A DNA stretch of 64,000 nucleotides, from positions 894,181-958,180 of the forward strand of contig NW_003314300.1 in the NCBI RefSeq assembly GCF_000143415.4. Direction: 5' to 3'. The position numbers were made by a program, and so were the translations under genes. Below, piece by piece: positions 1 through 11,114 of this stretch (position 1 is its first letter; each line of letters opens with the position of its first letter). Source of the DNA: Selaginella moellendorffii. Its lineage: Eukaryota > Plantae > Lycopodiophyta. Below the pieces are notes generated by a model. That model was not told the DNA's origin, ran no database searches, and saw nothing but the letters and a program-made list of their open reading frames with translations.

Positions 1-414
1 GTCACATCGTAACAAGCACAAGGGGAATCATCAATGATCGATATAGTTCAACTCAAATCTAATAGGGACTCAAATTATTTAATATCGAACACTAATTCTT
101 CCTCTCGTGAAGTTAGCATAATTCACGACTAAATCATTTTTCAAGGAAAAGCTAAAGCTCAACCCTCTACAAAATAATCTCGTCTAGAACACAACTAACT
201 CAACTTGCCACTCAGTTTGTTTGAACGTCAACACAGTTGCTAACTAGCAAATGCACAAATGCCAACAACACAAAGCTATAGCCAAATCATCAACTCTATA
301 TTCATCAAGACTAATGAAACTCAATATCAATCCTTGGAAGGATATCTCATTTCACTCAGATCTCAATATCAACAATGTCAATGACAAAGCATCACTTTAA
401 TGCCATCAACACCA
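1..414. repeat. AC-rich dispersed repeat (degraded TE-derived)
   Basis: Aligns by eye with 9070-9495 (direct) and with 61750-62090 and 62280-62510 (inverted), e.g. shared AATGCCAAyAACACAAAGCTATAGCCAAA. Confidence 0.7.
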
Positions 415-497
415 AGGTTGTGAATGAGACTCCTCCAAGTGGTCAGAGGTGTGGTTAAGTGACTAAAGTAGAATGGAAAAATTAGTCGCTTACAACT

Positions 498-509
498 TGG
501 TATCGGAGC
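498..509 (+). other. Primer binding site (tRNA-iMet type)
   Basis: TGGTATCGGAGC 3 nt after the LTR end TTACA. Confidence 0.75.
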
Positions 510-3500
510 TGTTCCTTAGTCCGACTTTTATTGGTGCTCAAGTATATCACCACTAGTGTTGGCATCGGAAGGTCCGAGGAGTGGGCCTATCCTTGAGGAG
601 TAGCAAGTCAGGAAGACATGGCTCTCCATTACAGTTCATGTATGAACTTGTAGACGAGGTGGTGGATAGAAAAGGGCCAATAATGGAACGACTTTGGGAT
701 CTTGGGAACAGTGCAAGGTTTTCCTCATTGAGTTGAGGATGTGATCCGAATGAGCATTTGTCTCAGCAAATTGGCTAAGGTTGTTGTGGTAAACAACTAA
801 AGTTGGGATCACGGGAAAGATAGAGACTCCAAAACAATAAAGGAGTCACGAAATTATCCTCATATAGTTGAGGTTGGTGCTCATGAATGTGAGACCAGAG
901 GTAATGACCGTGGGAGGTCAAATACGGAAGAGGACTCAAGTCCTTGAAATGGTAGCCAGGGCTACCTTTAATAAATGCTGGAACAACCCAAGGAGTTGGG
1001 GGGTGTACTTAGGGATGAGTTGGTGTTCTCATCACATGGACAAGTAGTCCTAAGGGGTAAAGGTTGCCCCCAGAGAACAAAATCAAGTGTCGGAGTAACA
1101 CTTGTGAAAATAGTCCTTTTGAGTAGGACAGGAATGCAAGAAGTGTATTCCAGTGAGCTAGTGCCTCACAAGTAGGACCTTACGGGTCTGTGGATTAACT
1201 AAGTCCAAAACTGCTGGATGACTCAAGTAGAGTCAACGGATGGTCCTAAAAGGACTGATGGAAGCATTTGGACTGAGGTGTGTTGTACCCCACAAAGGAT
1301 GGGAGGGGATCATAGGATCCAAGGATGAGAACAGAGGGTATCTCATCGATGGCAAAATGTGCCATGCTAAAGTTATGGGAAAGGTGTTCCCAGAAGAAAA
1401 CAACTTTGACATAAAGTTGTGTGTGACCTCTATGGTGCAGTGCTAACGGATGGTTGGCATGAGAAAGAGCGGTGTTGGTCTTGGCAAAGACTTAGACACG
1501 AAGGGGAAATGTCATAGAGGTAGGCTCGTGGAGCCGATGGTGTGGAGACACCAAATGTGCCAAGGTGTGATACCTTGAGGCTATGTTGGTGGGTTCATGA
1601 GAACCCCTTGCCAAAGGAATCCCAATGGAAATGGGAATAGCATAGCCTAAGCTGCAGAGCATGCAGTTGGAGTGTGGTGACCCAGATAATGATGGAGGTG
1701 TGGAAGCACTAGCAATGAGTTGTAGGACTTGACAACTACAAGGCAACTAAGCAAGAGGTGCAAAATAACTGGTTAAACGGGTAGAAGGTAGCTACCCAAG
1801 ACTTCTTAATAGCATAGGGAAGTTGGATATACCCTTACGGGGGATAAGTTGCTTGTGTTGCGATATAGTAAGTCAATGTCATAAAAGGAAATACTCATTG
1901 TCAAGAAAGCCATTATTGGGACACCCGAACACTCTAGAACACCAGAAGGTGGTGTTTGATGTCGCGAGGGCAATGGATAAAGCCCAAGGGACTAAGTCCC
2001 TAGCGAATGATGGATAGAAGGTGCTATCCAAATGTCCAAGGTTGCGGAGACAGGAGAGGACTGTCTACCCGAGTTGGACAAAGCCAAAAATGGAATTTTG
2101 GCAAGGCTAGTGATGGGCATGTAAAGGCCCATAAGCAACAACGTAATCCCGGTGTGTGGGATTATAGGGTGAGCATACCTGGATTGAGGAACCACTCCCT
2201 AGGCTATTGGGTAGATTCATCCCTAAGAATACTTGCTAAAGCATGATAGAAAGTGCAAAGCTATCCTCCTGGTCTGGAGGAGAATGACCAAAGGAAAGGT
2301 GTGAAGCCAAAAAGCAAGAAGTAAGGGGATAGAACCGAACCGTAGGAATCAAAGGGCATAACCAAGGTTGGTTATGCCAGCTGGGAGTGGAGAATCAAGT
2401 GGGGGCTCGAGGGTGTTGCCGGTAGCAACCGTGATGCCATGGAGAGTCTAAAATATGGAATTGTCCATGTTAGACTATGTGGCATTTGGAAGGCTTGCAA
2501 AAAGGGAGGCCTTAGCAAGCTGAGGGACAGAGTTCCTTCAAGGTTCCCAAAGACGATTCTAGGTAGCTTAGTACCTAGAAAGGCCAAGTGTAAATGGTTC
2601 ATGGAACGCGCGAAATCAGAGTGGCGCAGCAGAAGCGTGGTCTTGAAGCTTGCCATGAGGCAAGGCTATCAAGGTTAGGGAAGTAGTTCCTGAGTGTTCA
2701 AAGAGAGGGCTTTGAACAAAAGTCGATGGTCAAGGACTTTCACGCTTATGCAGGAACCATGTTACAGTGGTCGGAGGACTTGCCAAGCGAGATTGGCACG
2801 TCGGGGGAACAAATACCCTAGTTGAAGGTGATAACTTCAAAAAGGGTGGGCCATGGGGCCGAGCATGGAGGAGTCCATGCATGATCATAGACATGTCAAG
2901 TGAGAGGACTTGGCAATGTGGAGGAACTAGGTTCCTAAGCTGTGATCTGTAGCGCGCTTTAAAAATAAGTTGGTGCACCGGCGTGGGGAGTCACGCCAGG
3001 CATCTTGTGTGATGCCGTCCGTAGATGCATATACGGAGGTTGGGTTCGAGTCCCGACCCTCTAGTGCTTGGGTTCGAGTCCCAAATCACTAGGGCGTGGT
3101 GATGGTTTGGAATATGAGGACACTCATATTTCGGTGGTCATGGACTCTCAGTGGGGAGACTGGTTTGGGCACACCGCCAAGCGAGGGATGCCTCGGAGTC
3201 GTGATGCACGGTTAGATTGCTTAGTGTGAAAGCTCGGCATATCTAACTTGAACGCTTTGGTGCGAGTGGCACCAAGGACGTGGTGAGTGAGATGGGGACA
3301 CCTAATCTCAGTTGCTATGGACCCTTGGCCGGAAGGGCTGGCTTGGGCGCACCGCCAAGTGTGGGGGATGCCCCCGGGGTCGTAGTTAATAAATTAAAGG
3401 TCTGGAAGACCTAGTACCTATTAGCAAACCTGTTAAGGTGCCGAGGTGAGATCACTAGGTGATCTTGTGGCTAAATAAGGACAAGGTCCTTGTTTGGGTT

Positions 3501-4412
3501 AAGGAATAAGGTTCCTAGTTCAAAGTGTTGATTTGAACTATTGATGATGGTGTGGCTTGGTCAAGGTGATCAAGTGGGAAAAGCACCCTAGGGAAATGAG
3601 CTATGTCATTGCGATGGCATAGTGTGTCCAAGGAAAGTAGTCTCTAAAGAGACCCATGGGAGGGTCACAAAGTTGGGCCGTGGATAGAGCCCACAGCAGA
3701 AGATGCTAAAGAGACTTACTAGGGGCGAACACCCTAGTCTTAGCAAAATAGAGCCTTTGCTAAGGAATCACAAGAATACCTCAAGGAAGGAGGTAGAGAT
3801 TCGATGTTGCTTGGTGCAACAATCAACGGATAGGAGCAAAAGATGAGTGGCCAAGATAGGGCCGTGGAATCCCTTGGAAGGAATCCAAGTGACAAAGTTA
3901 GGCGAGGAACACTAATGTGTTGGACGCTAACAAATTCCGGAAAAGGAAGTGTGTTTCCAAGGATGAATTCCGAATTGCTCTGATTTGGCGAAAGTGGAAG
4001 CTCCAAGGGAGGGAGCGGTAAGGTAGCCAAATGATAGGGCCATGGACAGCCCTAGCACAAAGTATGATAAATGGAACTTAGTGCCCAAGGTGGCACGAAA
4101 TAGAAGAGAAGATGATGGTGCCCTCAAGTAATGAGCTTCCTAGGATGGGGAAGTGGAGTTGCACAATCTGTGCAATGCAAGGTGTTGGAGACACCTAGGA
4201 AATTGACTTCCAAAAGTCAAAAGAGTAAAAGTTCCAAGGTGCAAACGTTCAATAGATGGAAATTGAGACTACTTGAGAAGGAGTAGTGGGATTGACTTAG
4301 AGAAGGGTCTCTAAGAGGTTTAGTGAGAACTAAACCAATAAAAGGAGAGAACCACTACATGTGGTCCAATCAGTCTCTAAGTTGGAGAGACTACCCCCCT
4401 TAGAGGATAGGT

Positions 4413-4545
4413 AAGGCATGGTGAGCCTTTGGTGTCAAACCATTGAGGAATATGCAAAAGGCATGGTGAGCCTTCAATGGCAAACCATTGACGAATATGG
4501 AGAAGGCATGGTGAGCCTTCAATGTCAAACCATTGACAAATATTG
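4413..4545. repeat. 3x ~45 bp tandem repeat
   Basis: AAGGCATGGTGAGCCTT...CAAACCATTGA occurs three times. Confidence 0.8.
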
Positions 4546-4647
4546 GCTAGGTGCCAAGGATGGAAATGGTAACACATGCGGGTGTTACTTTATAAAATGG
4601 TTTACCGTTCAATGAGGACATCGAACTTCGTCTATGGGTGGTGGAGT

Positions 4648-6561
4648 TGTGAGACACAAAATCCCTAGGCCCCAAAGTAGAGCCGGAAAGGGCGCCACGT
4701 GGTAGTGGCCAAAGCGAGAGCCAAACGAGCGTAACACGTTAGGACCAAAAGCTCCGACTTGAAAAGTCAAGAGCGGGAGTGGAACTCCCAACGAAGTGCT
4801 CGAGGAACGAGCACGAAGCGAGCAAAAGGCGAGGCTCCAAAAAGGAACCCAAAAGGACCAACACATGACACGTGGGAGTGTCCGAGATGGACTCGAGTTG
4901 GAGTCCGAAGTGGAGTCCAAGATGGACCCGAGTTGGAGTCCGAAGTGGAGTCCGAGATGGACCCGAGTTGGAGTCCGAAGTGGAGTCCGAGATGAACCCG
5001 AGTTGGAGTCCGAAGTGGAGTCCGAGATGGACCCGAGATGGAGTCCGAGATGGAGTCCGAAGTGGAGTCCGAGGTGGACCCGAGATGGACCCGAGTTGGA
5101 GTCCGAAGTGGAGTCCGAGATGGACCCGAGATGGAGTCCGAGATGGAGTCCGAGATGGAGTCCGAGGTGGACCCGAGATGGACCCGAAATGGAGTCCGAG
5201 ATGGAGTCCGAGATGGACCCGAGATGGAGTCCGAGATGGAGTCCGAGATGGACCCGAGATGGACCCAAGATGGAGTCCGAGATGGAGTCCGAGATGGACC
5301 CGAGATGGAGTCCGAGATGGAGTCCGAGATGGACTCGAGATGGACCCAAGATGGAGTCTGAGATGGAGTCTGAGATGGAGTCCGAGATGGAGTCCGAAGT
5401 CGAGACCGAGACCGGGACCGAGACCGGGACCGAGACCGAGACCGAGATCGGGACCGAGACCGAGACCGAGGCCGAGGCCAAGACCGAGCCCGAGCCCGAG
5501 TCCGAGTCCGAATCCGAGTCCGAGTCCGAGTCCGAGTCCGAGTCCGAGTCCGAGTCCAGAGCCTGAGAGGGTGAAAGCCCAAAGCGTTCGTCTCCCAAAC
5601 CCTGGGGGGTTTCGTGAGCTCCAAAAGTATAGTAGGGGGAGGACTGCAGTGGAGCCAATTTGGCCAGGAAAGGCCAGTTTGGCCCAGGAAGGCCGGACCT
5701 AGTGTTGGGTGATGAGCTGCCCACTGGGAAGTCCAAGACTAGAGTGAACACGGACCGACAAGCGGGGTAGCTTGGTGAAGTGTTCAAGAGCCGGCTCTAG
5801 TTCCCCCGAGAGATCGACTAGCCGATGCTCCCAATCCAAGTGTGGGTGGCACTACCTACTTGGATACCTGGTGTGGCTCAACGGAACCCACTCTAAGCCC
5901 ATGGCTAGAGCACCCAAGGGCAGAAGGCGAGGAGAGTACCTAGGTGGCTCGCGTAAGGCCACGGTGTTCCGAAATGTTGTCCCAAAGGCCCAGACTGTGG
6001 AAAGGAAGAGGAGCAGTCCTCTAGGGTAGTGACCAAGGACACAGTCGTGTGGTGAGGAAGTCCCAGAGGACCGTGGGACTTAGTGGTCGGGCCTGTGGGT
6101 CTCGATCCAGTGGCAGTGTTGGCAAACACGGCCAGGGGCAGAAAGGGACTTAGTGGGGACTGACAGAGGGATATTGGGGAAGGCTATTCCCCTTGTCGGT
6201 GGCCATCCTAAGGATGCTAAGGAGTGGATCTGAGATGACCACTCACGGATGGTTTGCCTAGTCTTGGAGAGCCAAGACGGTGATGCAAGTGGTATTGGAC
6301 TACCAGTGTGGCAAAGGTGATTGGGCATGGCCTTAGCGTAACGGGCTGCTATGTCGGTGGTACCTTTGAGTGTCGGTCATGGGATCGGACACGTGGAGCA
6401 CTTGGACCAAGTGCAAATGTTGAGTGGCATGGATGCCATTCTCGGGGCTAGCAAGTCCCAAGTCCTGGATTGGACTTATGGAGGTTGTGAATGAGACTCC
6501 TCCAAGTGGTCAAAGGTGTGGTTAAGTGACTAAAGTAGAATGGAAAATTTAGTCACTTACA
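4648..6561 (+). repeat. 3' LTR (~1.9 kb) of the first element
   Basis: Starts TGT immediately after the PPT and ends ACA; last 80 bp match 415-494. Confidence 0.75.
4880..5558. repeat. Tandem array of 11/12-bp units (GGAGTCCGAGAT/GGACCCGAGAT) followed by 6-bp CCGAGW units, inside the LTR
   Basis: Directly visible; explains the overlapping low-complexity ORFs on both strands. Confidence 0.95.
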
Positions 6562-6686
6562 GAGTGATGGAACTAGACCATAGAGCAACTCCTAAGCATA
6601 CAGCCCAAAGAGTGAAGGGCCAGGAGCCCGGAACAACTTAGAACAGTCCTAGAGCAACCAACATCCCAATGCCAAAACTAGCACGC

Positions 6687-6967
6687 NNNNNNNNNNNNNN
6701 NNNNNNNNNNNNNNNNNNNNNNNNNNNNNNNNNNNNNNNNNNNNNNNNNNNNNNNNNNNNNNNNNNNNNNNNNNNNNNNNNNNNNNNNNNNNNNNNNNNN
6801 NNNNNNNNNNNNNNNNNNNNNNNNNNNNNNNNNNNNNNNNNNNNNNNNNNNNNNNNNNNNNNNNNNNNNNNNNNNNNNNNNNNNNNNNNNNNNNNNNNNN
6901 NNNNNNNNNNNNNNNNNNNNNNNNNNNNNNNNNNNNNNNNNNNNNNNNNNNNNNNNNNNNNNNNNNN
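6687..6967. other. Assembly gap (N run) followed by low-quality C/T homopolymer sequence
   Basis: 281 N characters. Confidence 0.99.
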
Positions 6968-9874
6968 CCCTCCCCCTTTCCCTTATTTTTTTTTTGGCCC
7001 CCCCCCCCACCCCCCCCCCCCCCCCCCCCCCCTTTCCATAAATAGCATTTGCGACCGAAATGAGACTAACACAAAGGGCATAATAGTGAGGTTGTTTGGT
7101 AGACACGGTAAGCTATCATTTAGCGATATTGATGGACTAGTCTCAATATGCGAGGGTTCTTGTCAAGCCAGTGCAAGACAAAGCAAAAGAGAACTAATAA
7201 GCGGGGCCAAGTATGCTTGGCTAAATAGACACTTGGGAATTCCTTCCTTATGCTCATCCGGCCAAGTGTAGATGCAAAGTCTAATTTACTAACACTTGAA
7301 CAAGAGGGACTAATAAAGGGTCTAGCAATATCGACCTCCTTCCATCATGGTAGTAAAGTAAAAGTGTCTATAAGGACTGGTTGATAGGTAACTTTCGATA
7401 CCCAAAGTCACATTCGCAATACTCTCCCCCCCTAGGGAAGATCAACGTCCTTGTCGATGCATACTTGAGTTTAGAATACCGCCAAGGAAACAACTCCAGA
7501 AAAAATTCACGATATTCACACTATGTGAGAAATGCACCAACTTAAATGAGTTAAAAGGCAACCTCTTTGTTTAACGTAGATGTGCTACCAGCTCAAACAC
7601 CTTTCGTCCGTCGCTGACAAGGAAATGACCAATAGAGTCAGCCACCCTTGCTGCTCTGGGAGTCACCTAGCTTACAAAAGTGTGATACGCCCCTGCCCAC
7701 AGGGATATAGAGAGAAAAGCCAGAGGCCCCAACCTTCCTGAACAAAGAAACCAAACTCGTCTGTCAGGTTTAGATAGACTACTGTAAATAGGCAGTTAGA
7801 GTTGTTTACATGGTCATGCCCTTTTAATGGAATAAGGAACATCAATAAAGAGGCAGGTGATGTGACCAGTCAACAGTAGCTACCCCATGACTATAGATTC
7901 CACCATGCATACGAAGTGCCGAAGCCAGTCTGCCTATACTGACCCAAACTCAAAGATTAATAGATGGACAATATTAAAGTCATAAACAATGATATCTGAG
8001 AGATTTAATTATCAATGAATAAATGTTAGATTAGAACACAAAAGTATTCCAAGTAAGTTATCATCCGATAAACTAGTATTATAGTATAGGACCACCAAGA
8101 TCATTTTGGAAAACATAGGATTCACCATCTAACAACATTTAATAGGTAGTGTATCATTAAGGGAACTCAATAATGAAATTTAAATACTGAAGATTTTAGA
8201 TAGCATGCTAAACAACTTACAAAAGACAACTAAAGGAAGATAAAGTATTATCAACTTGGCAAGCAAAATGCTCACGAATGTATTGCTTAAAGGAAATAAC
8301 ATCCAACTTATCAGAAGCAACAGTAACGATAATTAACAGAATAGCAAAACTAACAAACATTCATTCATGCTAACCATCGCACTAGCTAATCTGAATAGAT
8401 TATGGCCAACAATACGAAGGAACTCAAGTTTCTTAAGTGTTAACAATATCCTATTGATATCTCAAACCCAACAAACTAATCCAGAGCAAACCACAAAGAA
8501 CATATGGTATTCCGAAAAGCTATAATTTATCAAAGAGAACAACTAACCATCATGAAGAACATCAATCATCCCATCAATAGAGAAATGCATACTCATTATC
8601 AAAGAAAGAATTTGACATCCCAAAGAATAGCAAATCATTCTAAATTAACAATAATCAAGCAAAACCTTTGACAAGGATAATTAATTATCCTAAATGATAG
8701 TCAATCATCACCAATGATTGCAAGATGCTAATACTAACTTCAACACCGAAGCTATGAGCTAGAATGCCTTCTCCAACAACTTCTAACAAATGGAACAATG
8801 AGCATAAAAACTCAAGGAACCAAAAGCTTGGAGAAGTTTATAGCCAAGTCTTGCTTAATAATGATCACGAGTCTTGCATGAACTAATTTCAATGCTAAAG
8901 AAGAAATCACGGTACAACCTACAATATTCTCCTCAACACATCCATAACCTAAACTTCATAATGCCAAAGTTAATGAAAAGCATATCTACATCAATCCAAA
9001 GGCTAAACACAATGGTGTTATGCTCAACAAGTGATCATTAAACGATCCTTAATGAATCCATTTATAGCAAGACGTAACTCACTTCATAACAAGCATAAGA
9101 AGAATCATCAATGATCAATATATTTCAACTCAAATTCAACAAAGATTTAAACATCTTCAATAACAATCACTAACTCTTCATCTAAAATTAATGTTGTTTA
9201 TGACTAAATTACTTTGCAAAGAAAAGCCAAGGCCTAACCCCTACTAAATAATCTCGTTTAGAACACCACTAACTCAAACTTGCTACTCAACTCGTTTGAA
9301 TGGCAATATAATTGTTAATTAGCAAATGCATGAATGCCAATAACACAAAGCTATAGCCAAACTATCAACACTATCTTCATCGAGACTAATGAAACTCAAT
9401 GTCAATCTTACGAAAAGACATCTCATTTCACTCAAGTCTTAACATCAATAATATCAATGACAGAGCATCACTTCAATACTATCAACACTAGGACAACGCT
9501 AGAAGAAAGCAAAAGTGAATCACCACTCAAAACTCTTTAGCAACCAAGCTAACCAAAGTCAAAGATACTATACTTAGTATCTGAGACCAATCCTCCAATA
9601 ACACTCAGAAACAGATAACACATCATCAACAAATGATTCACCACATCTAAAACTCAATGAACAAACTAAACACAACTAAATGATATTGACAGAGGTAGAG
9701 TTGATAAGCCAATATGGAAAAACCATGTAAGTCTAACGACACGATCCTCCGCAACACCATTCAATAAAGCAAGTTTATCACTACTAAATCATCATTGAGC
9801 GCAGCAAGTGTTAACAGTCCTTGACGAAGTTTACAAGTAATCACTAGTTGCAAAGCAACTAACAATCACTTTTC

Positions 9875-10974
9875 TGTAAGGAACCGACTCCCCGAGGTGT
9901 TGTAGGCTAAAGGATCCCCGAAAGCATGACCGAAATGACAAAGAGTTCATCGGATGGGACCAAGTCGAAGATCGAGTCCAAGACCGACTCTGAGACCGAG
10001 TTCGAGATAGAGTCCAGGATCGAGTCCGAGGCCGAATCGGAGACCGAGTTCGAGATCGAGTCCGAAGTCGAGTCCGAGATCGGGTCCGAGATCGGGTCCA
10101 AGATCAAGTCCGAGACCGAGTTTGAAGTCGGGTCCGAGATCGAATTCGAGATTGAATCTGAAACTAAGTCCAAATACTAATATGGGTCAAGGGGTGAAAG
10201 CCCAAAGCATGCATCTCCCAGGGGGGGGGGGGGGGGGGGCTGCAGGGGGTTCCAAAAGTATAGTAGGGATAGTGAGGTCAAGGAACTAGTCTTGAAGGAA
10301 CTCTCTAGTGGTGCTTCCAAACTGACTTGAGGTTGATACTAGGGTCGAGGGGCCTTGGGTGGGAGTGAGCATGGGCTTGGGTGGTGCCGGAGGGGCCACC
10401 CAGGAAAGTGCTCAAGGGCAGCTCCCACTCCCGAAAGGGAAATCGACTGCGGTGGTCCTAGCTCATGTGGAGTGGTGCCCCACTTGAGTACCTTGTGGCT
10501 CATTGGTCCTCGCCCTTCCTAGGGGCTTGGGCCTTCCCTTCGGGATGGAAGTGGGGGGGTAGAGGTACCCATACCGGGCCGTTAAGCCATGGTGTTTCGC
10601 CCCGACGTCCCGAAGCAAGTGTTGCACCCAAGGCTTGGGATTTAGAGGGTCCCATGAACAAGTCTTGTTGTACTAAGGGGTGTTAGGAACCTGGAGGCTT
10701 AGTGTGCTTGGCTACTTGTGCCTGCGGGGAGTGTAGCCGAACCTTAAGTCCAGTCTAACCCGGGGAGGGGGATTGGGAGAGATTTGGGAATTCGTAGATG
10801 GATGGCTAACACTCTATTGCTCGTGCAGTGAGTAACTGAAACCAAGTAGGACCAAGTAGGAGCTGGTACAATAGGCGGGAACCTTGGCGAGGGAACTTAG
10901 CACAAGCCAAGGCAGTGTTGATCGAATAGACGAGCTAAGCTGGCAAATTGGAAAGGAAAAATTTGTGGCTTACA
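9875..10974 (+). repeat. 5' LTR (~1.1 kb)
   Basis: TGTAAG...CTTACA termini; the first part matches 30068-30828; contains a CCGAG-type repeat and a poly-G tract. Confidence 0.9.
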
Positions 10975-10977
10975 ATT

Positions 10978-10990
10978 TGGTATCGGTGCC
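10978..10990 (+). other. Primer binding site (tRNA-Met-like)
   Basis: TGGTATCGGTGCC directly after the LTR. Confidence 0.7.
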
Positions 10991-11114
10991 TTTTCCTCAG
11001 TTCTAGCAAAGGATAGAGGCGGATTGCTGGGAGATAGCAAAGGCAGGGCGTAAGTGAACCCAGGCGGAGACGGAACCTCCGCCAGAGCTAGGGCCTCCAG
11101 TCAAACAAGAGGCT

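Larger units (their letters stand above)
415..6561 (+). mobile_element. Degenerate/non-autonomous LTR retrotransposon (5' LTR truncated)
   Basis: 415-494 matches 6482-6561 (LTR end ...CTTACA); PBS TGGTATCGGAGC at 498-509; PPT ATGGGTGGTGGAGT at 4634-4647 identical to that of the 9875-30828 element; internal region has no recognisable intact ORF. Confidence 0.75.

Noticed and set aside
3015-3090. tRNA gene
   Set aside because: Only T-arm-like hairpins; no acceptor stem, D arm or canonical anticodon loop
510-4630. gag/pol in the first LTR element
   Set aside because: No motif could be recognised; too degraded
4880-5400. CRISPR-like periodic repeats
   Set aside because: No unique spacers; eukaryotic LTR minisatellite
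4609-5787. Several long overlapping ORFs (SR/ES/DS-rich)
   Set aside because: Artefacts of a stop-free tandem repeat inside an LTR
6669-7271. ORFs spanning the N run
   Set aside because: Assembly gap and low-quality flank
7040-7460. Possible minus-strand PPT plus LTR start
   Set aside because: Purine tract present but no second LTR or domain to confirm it
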